Assembly: GCA_016906335.1 (NCBI GenBank)
Contig: JADEYG010000006.1
Span: forward strand, 1-64,000
Direction: 5' to 3'
DNA length: 64,000 bases
Origin: Novakomyces olei
Taxonomy: Eukaryota
Part shown: one piece after another, positions 1-13,812 of the stretch
Numbering within the stretch: the stretch's first letter is position 1
How the letters are laid out: every line of letters begins with the position of its first letter
Made by a program: the position numbers and the translations under genes
The notes under the pieces: model-generated
Told to the model about the DNA's origin: nothing
Databases searched by the model: none
What the model saw: the letters and a program-made list of their open reading frames with translations, nothing else

Positions 1-2197
1 TTTTTATATTTTATATTTTATTTTTATTTTTTATTTTATCATAAATGTATTTTATATTATATATCTTATCTTATTATAACTTATTATATTTAATTATATT
101 AAATTATATCTAATTATATATTTGTGATAATAAATTAAGTATTATATGTATATATTTATGTATATATAAATTATAATAATTATTATAATATAAATATAAA
201 AAATATAAAATATATATCATACATTTGATATAATTTGATATATATATATAATCTATAGAGTATAACATCTGTAAAAATATTTGTTTTTTTACTAATATAA
301 TATTATTAATTAATATTAGTAAAATATAATTAAATAAAAATTTAATTATAAAATGTTTTATAAAGGAATAATTAATTAAAGTATGCGAATTTATATAGAA
401 TATAGGTGTATAATATTTCAAATATTTTATATATTAAAATTATAATAAATTAATTTATTATAAATAATTAATAAGATAAAAATATAACCTAAATGTGAAA
501 ACATATAAATAAACTTATTGAATTGAAATATCTTAGTAAATAAAGGAAAATAAATCAAAATATAAGAGATTATAATAGTAGTTAAGAACGAAATTATAAT
601 AGCCATTATAATATATATTTTATATATATTATAAATTAATTAAATTTGCTAATAATTAGTGGATTGAATAAAAGGTGAACTATCATCAAAGGCTAAATAC
701 TATATAAATATCGATAGTGAAAAGTACTGTGAAGGAAAATACTAAAAAAGTTATTCTATAAGCATATAAAGATTATAATAAAATTATAATTGATATAGTA
801 ACTTTTGTATAAGCGGTCAATAAATCTTATATTTATGCAAGATAAAATAATAAATAATCAATATAATAATATATATATAAGTATAAATATAAGAACGCGA
901 AACCTAATGATCTTAATTAATATAAGAGTTAAGTCTGAACCGGTGATTGTGGCAATAATCTCGGATAATATTAGTTAAGTAGTGAAATGTTAAACGTATT
1001 AGGTTATAGCTCGTTTACAGCGAAATATATCTAAGTATAGTAATAATATTTATAATTAATAATGATAATGCTATTTATTATATTAGGCTTTAATATAAAA
1101 ATTACTATTATAATATAATCAATGAATTATAATTAATTTAATTTATTATTAATCAGGTTATTAGTGATAAGGTTAATAATCAAATTGGAAACAACCAAAC
1201 ACATATAATAAGGTCCTTAAAATATTATTAAGTGTTTTTAAAGAATAATTATAGTTTATACAATTTAAATATTAGCTTGGAAACAGCTATTATATAATGA
1301 ACACGTAATAGTGTATAAATCCATTTATCTTATATATATATATTATTATATATATATAATTAATATTATAATTAACTGAAAATTTATCGGGACTAAAATA
1401 ATATACCGAATTTATGTATATTATTTTAAATATAAATAAAACTATTTAATTTAATTAATTTAGTTTAAATAATAATATATTTATTATAATATGGTAGCTG
1501 TATATACAATATATGTATGATGTATAATAATTATAATATTATATTGACATATTTGTAGAAAGAATTTTGACATGAGTATTGCATAAAAGATTAATATATA
1601 TAATATATATATAATTATTATAAATAAAAAAAAATAAATAATAATTATAAAATAATCTTCACCTAAACTCTAAAGATTTAATAAGAAATGTTAAAATCAT
1701 TTAAAGATAACAATAAACGGTATCTAAGTATAATATCGATAGATATATACGATGATAAAATATTTTATTTATAAAATTATATAAAATAAATATATAATCA
1801 GGAAAAATTAAATAAATATAAACCGTACTTTAAACCGACACAGGTAGAGTAAAAAGCATAAAAGTGCAACGGTGTTCAGATAACTATTATAAAGGAACTC
1901 GGCAAATTAAGGACGTAACTTCGGGAAAAGTTCTGATTATTATAATAATATATTATATTATATTTTATTTTATTCTATTATTATAATGGTTTCAATAAAG
2001 CTTGTTTATACAACTGTTTATAAAAACATAGCACTTTGCAAAAAAGTTAATTTTTAGTATAAAGTGTGATACCTGCTCAATGCTATTAAATAATAAATAT
2101 ATTATATAAATTTATATCTATTTATTTATATATAATATTTATGTAATATATATTAAACAATAGTAAATGGCAGTCTTAACTATAAGGATTCTAAGGT

Positions 2198-3227
2198 AAA
2201 TTAGATTATCGTTGCCTTAATTATAAATTCCACTATATGCTAAGAAAATCTTATAAATATATATATACAATAAATTTATTTTATTATTATATTAAATATA
2301 ATATATTATTAAATATAATATATTAACTTAAACTATTATATTTTACAATAAATATATTATTAAATATTAAATATATTATTATATATTATTAAGTATATAA
2401 TACTAAAAGTATATAATTAAATGTTTAATATAAATATTATATAATAATTATAGTTATTAATAATATATTTAATAATGTATAATAATTTATGATAATAATC
2501 ATAATCATAATAATAATAATAAATTATATAATAATATAATAATATAAATAAAATAATAACAAATATTATAAATGTTAACTGTATATTAGGTGCAAAAAAT
2601 TTTAAATTTTTTTAATAAGATATTTGTTATATTTATAATATTAATATTATTAATTATTATTAAATATTTAATTTAATTAATATCAAATAATATATAATAT
2701 ATTTATTTAATATAAATAATATAATAAATTTAATATTTATAAATCAATTAGCAGGAAACTTATAATAATATAATAAAGATATAATATATATTTAATAATA
2801 ATATTTTATTAATATATATATGTATATAAGTTATATTATATATAAGGATCCTCAGAGACTATACGTGGATAATATAATATATATATAAATTAAATAAATG
2901 TTTTTATATTATAAATAAAATAATAAAGTAAAGATTATAGATATATTATATTATATTAAGAAATAGTCCAAAATATTTAAAATAATTATTTATTTGATAT
3001 TTTATTTATAAATAAGTTATTAAATTTCTAGTGCAAAAATTTTAGTTTTAATTTTAATTTTAATTTTAATTTTAATTTTAATTTTAATTTTAATTTTAAT
3101 TTTAATTTTAATTTTAATTTTAATTTTAATTTAAAATCTAATTTAATTTAATCTAATTTTTTTGCATGGTAATAGCATTTAAATAAATGAAATAATTAAA
3201 CCAAAAATAATTTAAATATTTCACTAG
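2198..3227 (+). mobile_element. Group I intron in rnl at the E. coli L1931-equivalent site; no ORF
   Basis: Exon ...ctaaggt | agcgaaatctcttgtc rejoins the conserved LSU sequence; 5' exon ends in T and intron ends in G; core motifs cactatatgct, ttagcaggaaac, cctcagagactatacgtgga, aagaaatagtcca. Confidence 0.9.
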
Positions 3228-4038
3228 AGCGAAATCTCTTGTCCACTAATTATGGTCCAGCATGAATGGCGTAATGATATAAACACTGTCTCTATAATAG
3301 ACTGAAAGAAATTGGAATGGTTGTGAAGATACAATCTTATTACGGTTAGACGAGAAGACCCTAAGCATCTTAAATACTAATAAAGATTGATTATTTAATA
3401 TATTTATTAACTTATTCATAATATTATATTAATATAGATAAAAATCTTTAATTTATCATTTAATTTAATATTTCATAAGTTATTATTAGTAATCTTATTG
3501 TTAAAGATTTTAATTAAAAATAATAAAATATTTTTAATAGTTTTGTTTTTAACATAAATATTAATAGTTATATTTTATTTAATATAATAAATAAAATACT
3601 ATGACAATCTTTATGAGGTATTTTAATTGGGGCAATTGCTTCATAAAAAGAAATTGAAGTTACCAAATAATTCATATATATTATATTAATATTTATATTA
3701 ATATAATACAATATAATAATATTAGTATTATTATATATATTAATATATATTATGATAAGATATAGTATAAATAAAATGGTAATTTATAATTAATAATCTT
3801 AATTTAATAAATTTAAGATATTATCAATATAATTAATTGATAAAGATAATTAATAATATTTAATTGTAGAACTATGTCTAACTTAAAGATTGACAAATCG
3901 ATAAGATTCGTAAGGATGGAATAATAAACCTAAACTAATAAATAGAAATGGTTTAGATAAAGATATAAGATACGCTAGGGATAACAGCCTAATTGCTTAA
4001 GATAGTACATATTGGCTATAGCAGTTTGGGACCTCGAT

Positions 4039-4780
4039 TTGAATATAAATATTAATATAAATATAAATATAAATATAAATATAAATATAAATATAAGAGT
4101 TAAAGTTGAGGTAAATATTATATATAAATAGAATATATAATAATAAATTGGGTTAATTGACAAGAATAACTTATTATTTATATAAATATAATAAGTCAAC
4201 TTGCAGCGAAACTATATATAATATAAATATATAATAACTTTGTATATAAATATATAATATAATATAAATATATAATAACTTTGTATATAAATATATAATA
4301 TAATATAAATATATAATATAAATATAAATATAAATATATAGAACGTTCAACGACTAGTTAATAAATAAAATTAACCATGAAATCCAATAATTAATAAAAG
4401 TTTGGTTTGATAAATAAATAAATTTATTAATTAAATACATAGTCTGAACCTTTTAGTGATAAAAGGAAATAAAGATTAAAATTCTTTATGATAACAAAGA
4501 ATTATTTAGTATAGAAATAAGTATAATATTGTTAATAAAAATAAAAATATTTAAATAAACAAAAATCATTAATAGATCATTTATTTAATATATTTGATTC
4601 TTATACTCTAAGGATAAGGGATAAGGGATAACAAAATGTATTATTATTTAATAATAAATGATTATAAAAAATTAAATGACTTTGCTTATTATCATCAAAT
4701 ATTTTTATTTTTATTATTATTATTATTATTATTTTTATTATAATTTAAATATAAATTTTATACTAAATAATAAATAATTG
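4039..4780 (+). mobile_element. Group I intron in rnl at the L2504-equivalent site; no ORF
   Basis: Exon ...acctcgat | gtcgactc rejoins the conserved PTC sequence; core motifs gttcaacgactag and tacatagtctgaacc. Confidence 0.88.
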
Positions 4781-4860
4781 GTCGACTCTACGTAACCTAT
4801 TGGTGTAGTAACTAATAAGGGTATGTTTGTTCAACATTTAAAACGTAACGTGAGTTGGGT

Positions 4861-6282
4861 TAATTCTTAGCCCCATATATATATATATATATGTTAACTG
4901 GATAAAAACGGTGAAGGTTATAATAAAGATTATAAATAACACCGTGGTAATCATAATAATAAATAAATATGACACTGTAACGACTAAATAAAATAAAATA
5001 AATTTGACTAACAAGTTATATATAATATATTATATATAAAATAATAGTTGGTAATACTTCCAGCAACAATATAATAATATGGTTATTTATATATTTTTGA
5101 ATATATATATCCTTATTAATTGTATATAATATAGATAATTAATAAATAAAAAATAATAAAACAAATAATGATAAAACAAAGAATATTAGAATATTAGAAG
5201 ATTTAATAAAATTAAGATTAATAACACCATTAAAACCATTATCAAATGATATTTTAAAGATAATAGAAAAAAACTTATTAAAATATAAAATATTAAATGT
5301 AGATAATATAAATGATGAGTATATAAGTGGTATAATACAATCAGATGGTAGTTTTTCATTAACTATAAGAAAAACAAGAGATTATATACATATAGTACCA
5401 AAATTTACATTAAGATTAAATAAGAATAATAAAGATTTGATATTAAAAATTAAAAGTGTATTAGGTGATGTAGGTAATTGAAGTTTAAATAAGAAAGATA
5501 ATACAATATGTTATGAAGTGACAAAATTAAAAGATTTAGATCAAGTAATAATACCTTTTTTTACAAAAAATGATTTAAAAAGTAATAAACATTTAAATAG
5601 TTTTATAATATTAAAATACATTGTATCAATAATGAAAAGAAAACTTCATATTAAGGATAATAGATTATTGTTAGATATGATAATATTAGGTAGTAAAATG
5701 AATGATAATTATTTGTATAAAGATATACATAAAAAATCAATAAATATAATTCATAATGATGAAAAATATAAAAAAGATATGATGAAATATGTAAGATATT
5801 TAAATAAAAGTCAACAAGATATTGTAATAGATCAATTATTAACAAAAAATACTGAATTAGAAATAAATAATATGATGTATAATTATAATCCTACATCATT
5901 TAACGCAATGTATTTGCATGGTTTAATAGATGGAGATGGATCTATTATAATATATAACTCTTTATCTAAATATGTAAGATTTACTATAAGTATAGCACAA
6001 GATTATACAAATTTAACATTACTTAAAGATTTATATAAATATTTTGGTGAAATAGGTAGTATAACTAAAATATCAAATAAAGGTTATAGATATGATATAA
6101 AAAGTAAAAAGGATATTATAGAAAAAGTAATACCTTTATTAGAATACAAATATAATAATAATATTCATTTAGGTGTATTAAAAGGTTATAAATTAATATT
6201 AATGAAAATAATATGGGATATAAAAAATATATAATATATATAAATAATTTATATATTGTTGAAGATATAGTCTAAATAAAAG
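4861..6282 (+). mobile_element. Group I intron in rnl at about the L2584 site, carrying a LAGLIDADG ORF
   Basis: Exon ...gagttgggt | taagaacgtcgcgagacag; core motifs aaaacggtgaagg, aacaccgtgg, ctgtaacgactaa, gaagatatagtcta. Confidence 0.88.
5146..6234 (+). CDS. Double-motif LAGLIDADG homing endonuclease (intronic); start codon uncertain
   Basis: Frame open from 5146 with TGA 5479 read as Trp; motifs YISGIIQSDGSF (~5320) and YLHGLIDGDGSI (~5911); no in-frame ATG upstream of motif 1. Confidence 0.8.
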
Positions 6283-6756
6283 TAAGAACGTCGCGAGACA
6301 GTTCGGTTTCTATCTGCCGTAATATATATAATAAAATATCAAATTTTCCTTTAGTACGAAAGGACCAAGGTAAAATTAACCAATGGTGTTATTGTTATTT
6401 ATATTTAATATTAATAAATTAATTATTATTATTATATCTATAAGTATCTCGCAATAAAGCTAAGTTAATAATAAATAATTATTGAAAGCATATAAAATAT
6501 AAGAAGTTAATTGATGGATTATTTATAAAAATACATTATAGATTATAATGAATATAATATATATATATAAAATAATATATATATATATAAATAGGTAATA
6601 ATTGTAAATATAAAATCTATAAAATATAGAAATTATAATTGTTTATAATTAATAATAATTATAAATAATAAAGATATATTATACTAATTTATAATATTTT
6701 AACTAAAATATCACAGATTGTTATCATAAATAAAATATAAAATATAAAATATAAAA

Positions 6757-6829
6757 GTCTAATTAATTTAATTGGTAAAATGCATATCTTGTAAATATGT
6801 TACTAATAGTTCGATTCTATTATTAGACA
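6757..6829 (+). tRNA. trnT: tRNA-Thr(UGU)
   Basis: Acceptor gtctaat/attagac; anticodon arm catat-cttgtaa-atatg; T-loop ttcgatt. Confidence 0.92.
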
Positions 6830-7059
6830 ATATAAAATATAAAATATTATAAAAAATAAAAATATTAATATTTTTTAATATTGGATAACTTATATTTATA
6901 AATAAAAGTTTGATAAATATTTCATATTTATTTTCTAAGAAATAATAGTTTAATAAATAAAAAGATTTTAATTTTTAATAAACAAAGACAAATATAAAAT
7001 ACAAATCAAAGTCTTTAATAAAATATTAAAAATATTAAATTTTAAGTTAATAACCAATA

Positions 7060-7149
7060 GAACAAATGACCGAGTCAGGTTTAAGGTGCTATACTTGAAA
7101 TATAGTGTAATATAATCTATTACCACGTGTTCGAATCACGTTTTGTTCG
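7060..7149 (+). tRNA. trnS: tRNA-Ser(UGA)
   Basis: Acceptor gaacaaa/tttgttc; arm ctata-cttgaaa-tatag; long variable arm. Confidence 0.92.
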
Positions 7150-7349
7150 TTAATATAAATTATATAATAATATTTATCATTAAATATAATATAATATCAT
7201 TAAATATCATTAAATATCATATTTTTAATAGATATTATAGATTTAATATTTTATTTTATTTTATCTATCGACTTTGGTTTTAATATACAATTAATAAATA
7301 TTAAATATATTATATATCTTATATAATAATAATAATAATATAAAATAAG

Positions 7350-7422
7350 GGGGATATAATTTAATAGGCTAGAATATTGTAATTGCACTACAGTTATATG
7401 GGTTCAAATCCCATTATTTCCA
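7350..7422 (+). tRNA. trnA: tRNA-Ala(UGC)
   Basis: Acceptor ggggata/tatttcc; arm ttgta-attgcac-tacag. Confidence 0.9.
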
Positions 7423-7503
7423 TATTAAATAATATAAATTTTATTTACCATAAATAAACATAAACAATTAATAACTACTATTAATATTAATATAATAAAA
7501 TAA

Positions 7504-7575
7504 GCCTGATTAACTTAATGGTTAAAGTGTGATATTGAAGATGTTAATATAGTGGTTCAATTCCATTATTGGGCA
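7504..7575 (+). tRNA. trnF: tRNA-Phe(GAA)
   Basis: Acceptor gcctgat/attgggc; arm tgata-ttgaaga-tgtta. Confidence 0.9.
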
Positions 7576-7610
7576 TAATAATAATAAATTTAATATAATA
7601 TATAATATTA

Positions 7611-7698
7611 ATGGTTATGATGAAATTGGTAGACATGTATAATTTAGGATTATATAATAATAATAAATATTATATGGGTTCAAATCCCATTAACCATA
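7611..7698 (+). tRNA. trnL: tRNA-Leu(UAG)
   Basis: Acceptor atggtta/taaccat; arm tataa-tttagga-ttata; long variable arm. Confidence 0.9.
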
Positions 7699-8313
7699 AT
7701 TATTATTAAAATAATATAAATATAATTATAATAATAATAATAATATAAAAGTTTAAAATAAAAAATATAAAAGTTTTTAAAATAAAAAATATAAAAGTTT
7801 TTAAAATAAAAAATATAAAAGTTTTTAAAATAAAATTTTTTCACTAGAAATCTTTGTTTATTGGTAAGATTATATTAAATATATAAAATATATGTATATA
7901 TAAATATATTTGATAATATTTGATAAATATCATATAAATATATTATATAATATTTTATAAATATAATATTTAATAATAGGTATCAATTATATAATATTTT
8001 ATAAATATAATATTTAATAATAGGTATCAATTATATAATATTAATAATAAGTATTAATAATAAATATAAATATATAATAAGTTAATATGACATTGTTTTA
8101 TTTTATAGAATACTTATAGGTGCAAGCACCTTAACATCAGTTATATATTGAAATTAATATTTTAACTACTTTATTTATAATGTTAAATATATATATATAT
8201 ATCTTAATACATATTATTAAGTTAATAACTAAAATAATTTATAATATTATATATATCTTATTATAATATAAATATATATATCTTATTATATTATTATATA
8301 ATAATGTATAGTA

Positions 8314-8385
8314 GCAGATATAGGTTAATTGGTAAACTCAATGATTTCCATTCATTTGTTGTCTGTTCAAGTCAGATTATCTGTA
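8314..8385 (+). tRNA. trnG: tRNA-Gly(UCC)
   Basis: Acceptor gcagata/tatctgt; arm aatga-tttccat-tcatt. Confidence 0.92.
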
Positions 8386-8587
8386 AATATTATTATTAAA
8401 TATTTAAATTTAATATAATTTCTTTAAATTGTTTATTAAATAATATTATTAATTGTTTAGTTTACTAAAAGCTAACTATTATATAATATATGAAATATAT
8501 TATATCTATTATTTAATAATAATTTGATATAAAACATTTTATTTAATTGTATTAAATATATTATTTATATATTATCACAATATTTTA

Positions 8588-8660
8588 GGGTTAATAACTT
8601 AATTGGTAAAGGGTTTATTTGTCAGATAAATAGATGCTCGTTCGAATCGGGTTTAGCTCG
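8588..8660 (+). tRNA. trnD: tRNA-Asp(GUC)
   Basis: Acceptor gggttaa/ttagctc; arm tttat-ttgtcag-ataaa. Confidence 0.9.
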
Positions 8661-9059
8661 ATTAATATATATTATATATTATATATTATATATTATATAT
8701 ATACTTATATCTATATTATATATATGCTGCTTATATTTATATTATAAATATCTAATTATATTTAAATATAAATAATTAATAATTAATAATTAATAATATG
8801 ATATTAAAATTACTTTAATTAATTAAATATTAAAATTTTTATTGCAAAAGCTTTATATTTTATTAATTAAAATAAAAGCATATTATTTAATTTAATATTA
8901 AAGATATTTGAATATATCTTATTTAATATTTGAGATATATAATATTATATATATATTGTTTATCAAAGTATAAACTATTAAAATATATTGTATTATATAA
9001 TATTATAATTAATAATATATTTATATATATGATATATGATATAATATTATTATATTTAT

Positions 9060-9131
9060 GTTACCATAGCTCAACGGTTAGAGCATGATACTGTTAATAT
9101 TATGATATTGGTTCGATTCCAATTGGTGACT
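9060..9131 (+). tRNA. trnN: tRNA-Asn(GUU)
   Basis: Acceptor gttacca/tggtgac; arm tgata-ctgttaa-tatta. Confidence 0.92.
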
Positions 9132-9196
9132 TAATTTTAATATATTATTATTTAATATATAGAATAGATAAATATATTTAAACTTAATAAATATTA

Positions 9197-9279
9197 ATCT
9201 ACATGCAGAAATTGGTAGACTGGCTAATCTTAAGATTTAGTATTGTATAAATATATGGGTTCAAGTCCCATTGTAGATA
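9197..9279 (+). tRNA. trnL: tRNA-Leu(UAA)
   Basis: Acceptor atctaca/tgtagat; loop cttaaga; long variable arm. Confidence 0.9.
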
Positions 9280-9605
9280 TTTTAATATATATATTACATA
9301 GATATTATATTTAATATATTTGATAATATAATATAATATAATATAATATAATATAATATAATATAATATAATATAATATAATATAATATAATATAATATA
9401 TCAAAGTCTTTAAATAAGTAATATATAATAATAATTTATTATTATATAGATAATATATATATATATATATTTAATAATAATATTAAATATTATAATTATA
9501 ATAGTGTGTTATAATAATAATAGAAAGTTATATTTCTATGAAATAATTATATATGTAATATAAAATAATATTATATATATAAATAAAAATAAATAAAATA
9601 ATAAA

Positions 9606-9830
9606 ATGTTACAAGCAGCAAAATTCATAGGATCAGGTTTAGCAGCTATTGGTTTAGCTGGAGCAGGTATTGGAATTGGTATAGTATTTGGTAATTTATT
9701 ATCAAGTACAAGTAGAAATCCAGCATTAAGAGCTCAATTATTTAGTTATGCTATATTAGGTTTCTCATTAGTTGAAGCTACAGGTTTATTCTGTTTAATG
9801 TTATCATTCTTAATATTATATGCAGCTTAA
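9606..9830 (+). CDS. atp9: ATP synthase subunit c (9)
   Basis: 74 aa; [13 protein letters not shown] loop, catalytic Glu in LVEATGLF. Confidence 0.98.
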   Translation: MLQAAKFIGSGLAAIGLAGAGIGIGIVFGNLLSSTSRNPALRAQLFSYAILGFSLVEATGLFCLMLSFLILYAA

Positions 9831-10420
9831 TTTAATTATATAATTAAATTATCTAATAATAATATTAAAAAACAAAATATATATTTAATATTTATTGTAA
9901 ATGATATAATAACTTTTATATATAATAATTAATTAATAATAATTTAATTGTTTATTTAAATTGATATCTATATCTAATCAATATATATGTATTATTATAT
10001 ATTAAATTAATAAGCCCTATTTATATAATTAAATATTAAAATTTTATATAAATAAAAAAATAAAAAAATAAAAATAAATTAAACTAAATAGATAATATAT
10101 AATTATATTTATAATATATTGTAATTAATTTAATTAAATTATATTATATATAATAATAAATAATATAATATCTATAAATAATAAATAGTATAGTTTAAAT
10201 ATATATATATATATATACAAATTATATAAATAAAAGTTTATTTTAGTTTATAAATTAAAAATAATCTATTTTATTTAATTTAATTTAATTTAATTTAACA
10301 AACTTTTATAATAAATAAAATATATTTATATAATTTAATATACATAAAATATAATAAAACTTTTATTATAATTATAATCAAACTTTTATTATAATTACTT
10401 ATAAATAAAAATATAATAAA

Positions 10421-10693
10421 ATGAATACAGGTATATTATTATATATAATTGGTTTATATGGATTTATTAGTAATAGAAAAAATATAATAATTATGTTAAT
10501 AAGTATAGAAATTATTTTAATATCAACTACTTTTATGTTATTATTAAGTAGTTATTATTATGATGATATATTAACACAATTATATAGTATATATATAATA
10601 TCTATTGCTGGTGCAGAATCAGCTATAGGTTTAGGTATTATTGTTAGTTATTATAATATTCATGGTAATGTTATAATACAAAAATATCAATAA
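10421..10693 (+). CDS. nad4L: NADH dehydrogenase subunit 4L
   Basis: NRKNIIIMLISIE and IAGAESAIGL motifs. Confidence 0.97.
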   Translation: MNTGILLYIIGLYGFISNRKNIIIMLISIEIILISTTFMLLLSSYYYDDILTQLYSIYIISIAGAESAIGLGIIVSYYNIHGNVIIQKYQ

Positions 10694-11678
10694 ATATTAT
10701 TTATAATTTAATATTATATATATATATTTATATATATATTATTATCAAATATTTAATATTTATTATATTATCAAATTATTTAATTAAAGTATATATATGA
10801 TTATGATTATGATTATGATTATAATTATCATTATTATTATAATTATGATTAAATATATTGTATATTAATATAAAATAAATTATATATAAAATATAAATTT
10901 ATAATAATGAAGTTTGTAATATAACTTAGGTTTATAAATAAAAAAATTAAAAATTTTTATTTAATAAAATATTTAACTCATTTATTGATATAAATATTAA
11001 ATATATTTAGTATTTTATTAAATGTTATATATTTAATATAATTTAATATAATTAAATATGAAATATATTAAATATAAATGATATATTTGATTTGATATAA
11101 AAGGATATATTATATATTAAAATATATCTAAGTTATTTTTATTGTTATTTTTATTGTTATTTTTATTGTTATTTTTATTGTTATTTTTATTGTTATTGTT
11201 ATTAAATTAAATGAAATAATAATATTATTATAATTAAAATTTTAATTTGTATTTTTGTAGAAAGAATTAATAAATAAAATATTAAATAAATTAATTTAAT
11301 TAAAAGTAAAAGCTTTTATTATTTTTATTATATTTAATTATTATAATATAATATACAATATTAATAACATATATAAAAGTTTGTAATATATAATATTAAT
11401 AATATATATGATATAAAAGTTTGTAATATACAATATAAATAATATACCATATTGATTTGATAATATAATAAATATTAAATATTAGATAATAATATATATT
11501 ATATATATAATATTAAATTATAGATAATAGGTTGTTATATATTAATATATAATAAATAAGAGTTTGTAAAATAAATATACTAATTTATAAGAATAATAGT
11601 TTACTTTATATATATGTATATATATATAATAAATATATTATAATTATATGATAATAAAATAAAAATTTTAAAGAATAA

Positions 11679-13682
11679 ATGTATTTATGTATATTATTAT
11701 TACCATTATTAAGTTCAATATCGAGTGGATTATTAGGAAGAAAGATAGGTATAAGAGGTAGTCAGATATTATCAAGTACATTTATGATAATATCAATGTT
11801 AATAACATTATATACATATAAACATATAGTAATTGATGATAATATAATAACAATAAATATAATAAATTGATTAAATATAGAATCATTAAATATAAATTAT
11901 TTAATATTATTAGATTCTTTAAGTATATCAATGTTAATACCAATAACAATAATATCAACATTAGTACATATATATACAATATCATATATGAGTAGTGATC
12001 CTCATCAACAAAGATTTTTAAGTTATATATCATTATTTACATTTTTTATGATGTTATTAGTAACAGGTTCAAGTTATTTAATAATGTTTATAGGATGAGA
12101 AGGTATAGGTGTAAGTTCATTTTTATTAATAAATTTCTGGTTTCAAAGTATAGAATCAAATAAATCAAGTATTAGTGCTATATTAGTTAATAGAGTTGGA
12201 GATATATTTATAACAATATCAATAGCTTTAATATATTATACTTATGGTAATCATAATTATAATACAATTAATAGTATAAGTATTTATATAAATAATAATA
12301 CAATATTATTTACAATAGGTTTATGTTTATTATTAGGTAGTATGGCAAAATCAGCTCAAGTACCATTAAATAAATGGTTACCAGAATCTATGGTAGCACC
12401 AACACCTACATCTGCTTTATTACATGCAGCTACTTTAGTTACTGCTGGTGTATATTTATTAATTAGATCTTCTTATATTATAGAATTAAATGATACTTTA
12501 TTAATTATTATTATGTTTGTTGGTGGTTTAACAACTATTATTAGTGGTTTAATTGGAGTATTACAATATGATGTAAAAAGAATAATAGCATATAGTACTT
12601 GTAGTCAAATTGGTATGTGTTTTGTTTCTATAGGTATATCTAATTATAATTTATCTTTATATCATTTAATTAATCATAGTATGTATAAAGCTTTATTATT
12701 CTTATGTGCAGGTATAATAATTCATTCATTAAATGATGAACAAGATATTAGAAAAATGGGTGGTTTAATAAATTATTTACCATTTACTTATAGTTGTATG
12801 TTAATAGCTAGCTTTTCTTTAATGGCTATACCATCTTTAAGTGGTTATTATAGTAAAGATTTAATTATAGAATTAACTTATGGTAAATATTGTATAAGTT
12901 CAATAATATGTTTTTATTTAAGTTTAATTAGTGCTATAACAACTAGTTTATATTCTATGAAAATATTATATAATATTTTTTTAAATATACCAAATAATAG
13001 TAGAAAATTTAATTATATTAATTGTTTAGAAAGTGATATATTTATGATAATACCTTTAGTTTTATTAACTTTATTAAGTATATTTATTGGATATTTAACT
13101 TCAGATATATTTATTGGACCAGGTTCAATATTATATTCAGATACTTTATTTAATAAACCTTTTAGTAATAATATATTAGATTTAGAATTTAATATACCAA
13201 TTTATATAAAATTATTACCATTAATTGGTAGTATATTTTTTAGTTTATTATTATTATATTCATATGAAATATTACAAAATAAATTTATTAAAAATAAATA
13301 TAATAATATTGATATAAAATTAAGTAATATAAATTATATATTAAAAAGTAATAAATTAATATTAAATATTTTTACATTTATTAATCAAAGATTTTATCAT
13401 GATATTATATATAATAGATATTTAACTATTACACCTTTAAATTTAGGTTATGTATATTATAATATATTTGATAAAGGTATAATAAATAAAATAGGTCCAA
13501 ATGGATTATATTATACTTTAAAAAATTATTCATCTAATATTATTTATCTTAATAATGGTAAATTATTTAATTATATTATTTACTTATTATTATTAATTAT
13601 ATTAAGTTTTTATATAAGTTTCTTTAATATTTCTGATCAATTATTCTTATTATTCTTTATTATATCTTTATACTTTATATAA
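11679..13682 (+). CDS. nad5: NADH dehydrogenase subunit 5 (TGA at 11868 and 12096 read as Trp)
   Basis: Single continuous frame: GRKIG, DPHQQRF, G(W)[34 protein letters not shown]. Confidence 0.97.
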
Positions 13683-13812
13683 TTATTATTATTATTACTC
13701 TTTTATTTAATATTTAATAATATAATATAATATTATTTAATAATATTTATAATTAAAGTATATAAATATAATATTTAATAATAATTATTAATGGTAATAA
13801 ACCATAAACACT

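Larger units (their letters stand above)
340..6700 (+). rRNA. rnl: Mitochondrial large subunit rRNA, interrupted by 3 group I introns; ends approximate
   Basis: Conserved LSU motifs: gaattgaaatatcttagta (~520), aaagtactgtgaaggaaa (~721), aaaccgacacaggt (~1832), aaggaactcggcaaatt (~1892), cagcatgaatggcgtaatga (~3258), gacgagaagaccct (~3349), gctagggataacag (~3974), gagacagttcggtttctatctgcc (~6295), tagtacgaaaggacc (~6352). Confidence 0.95.
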
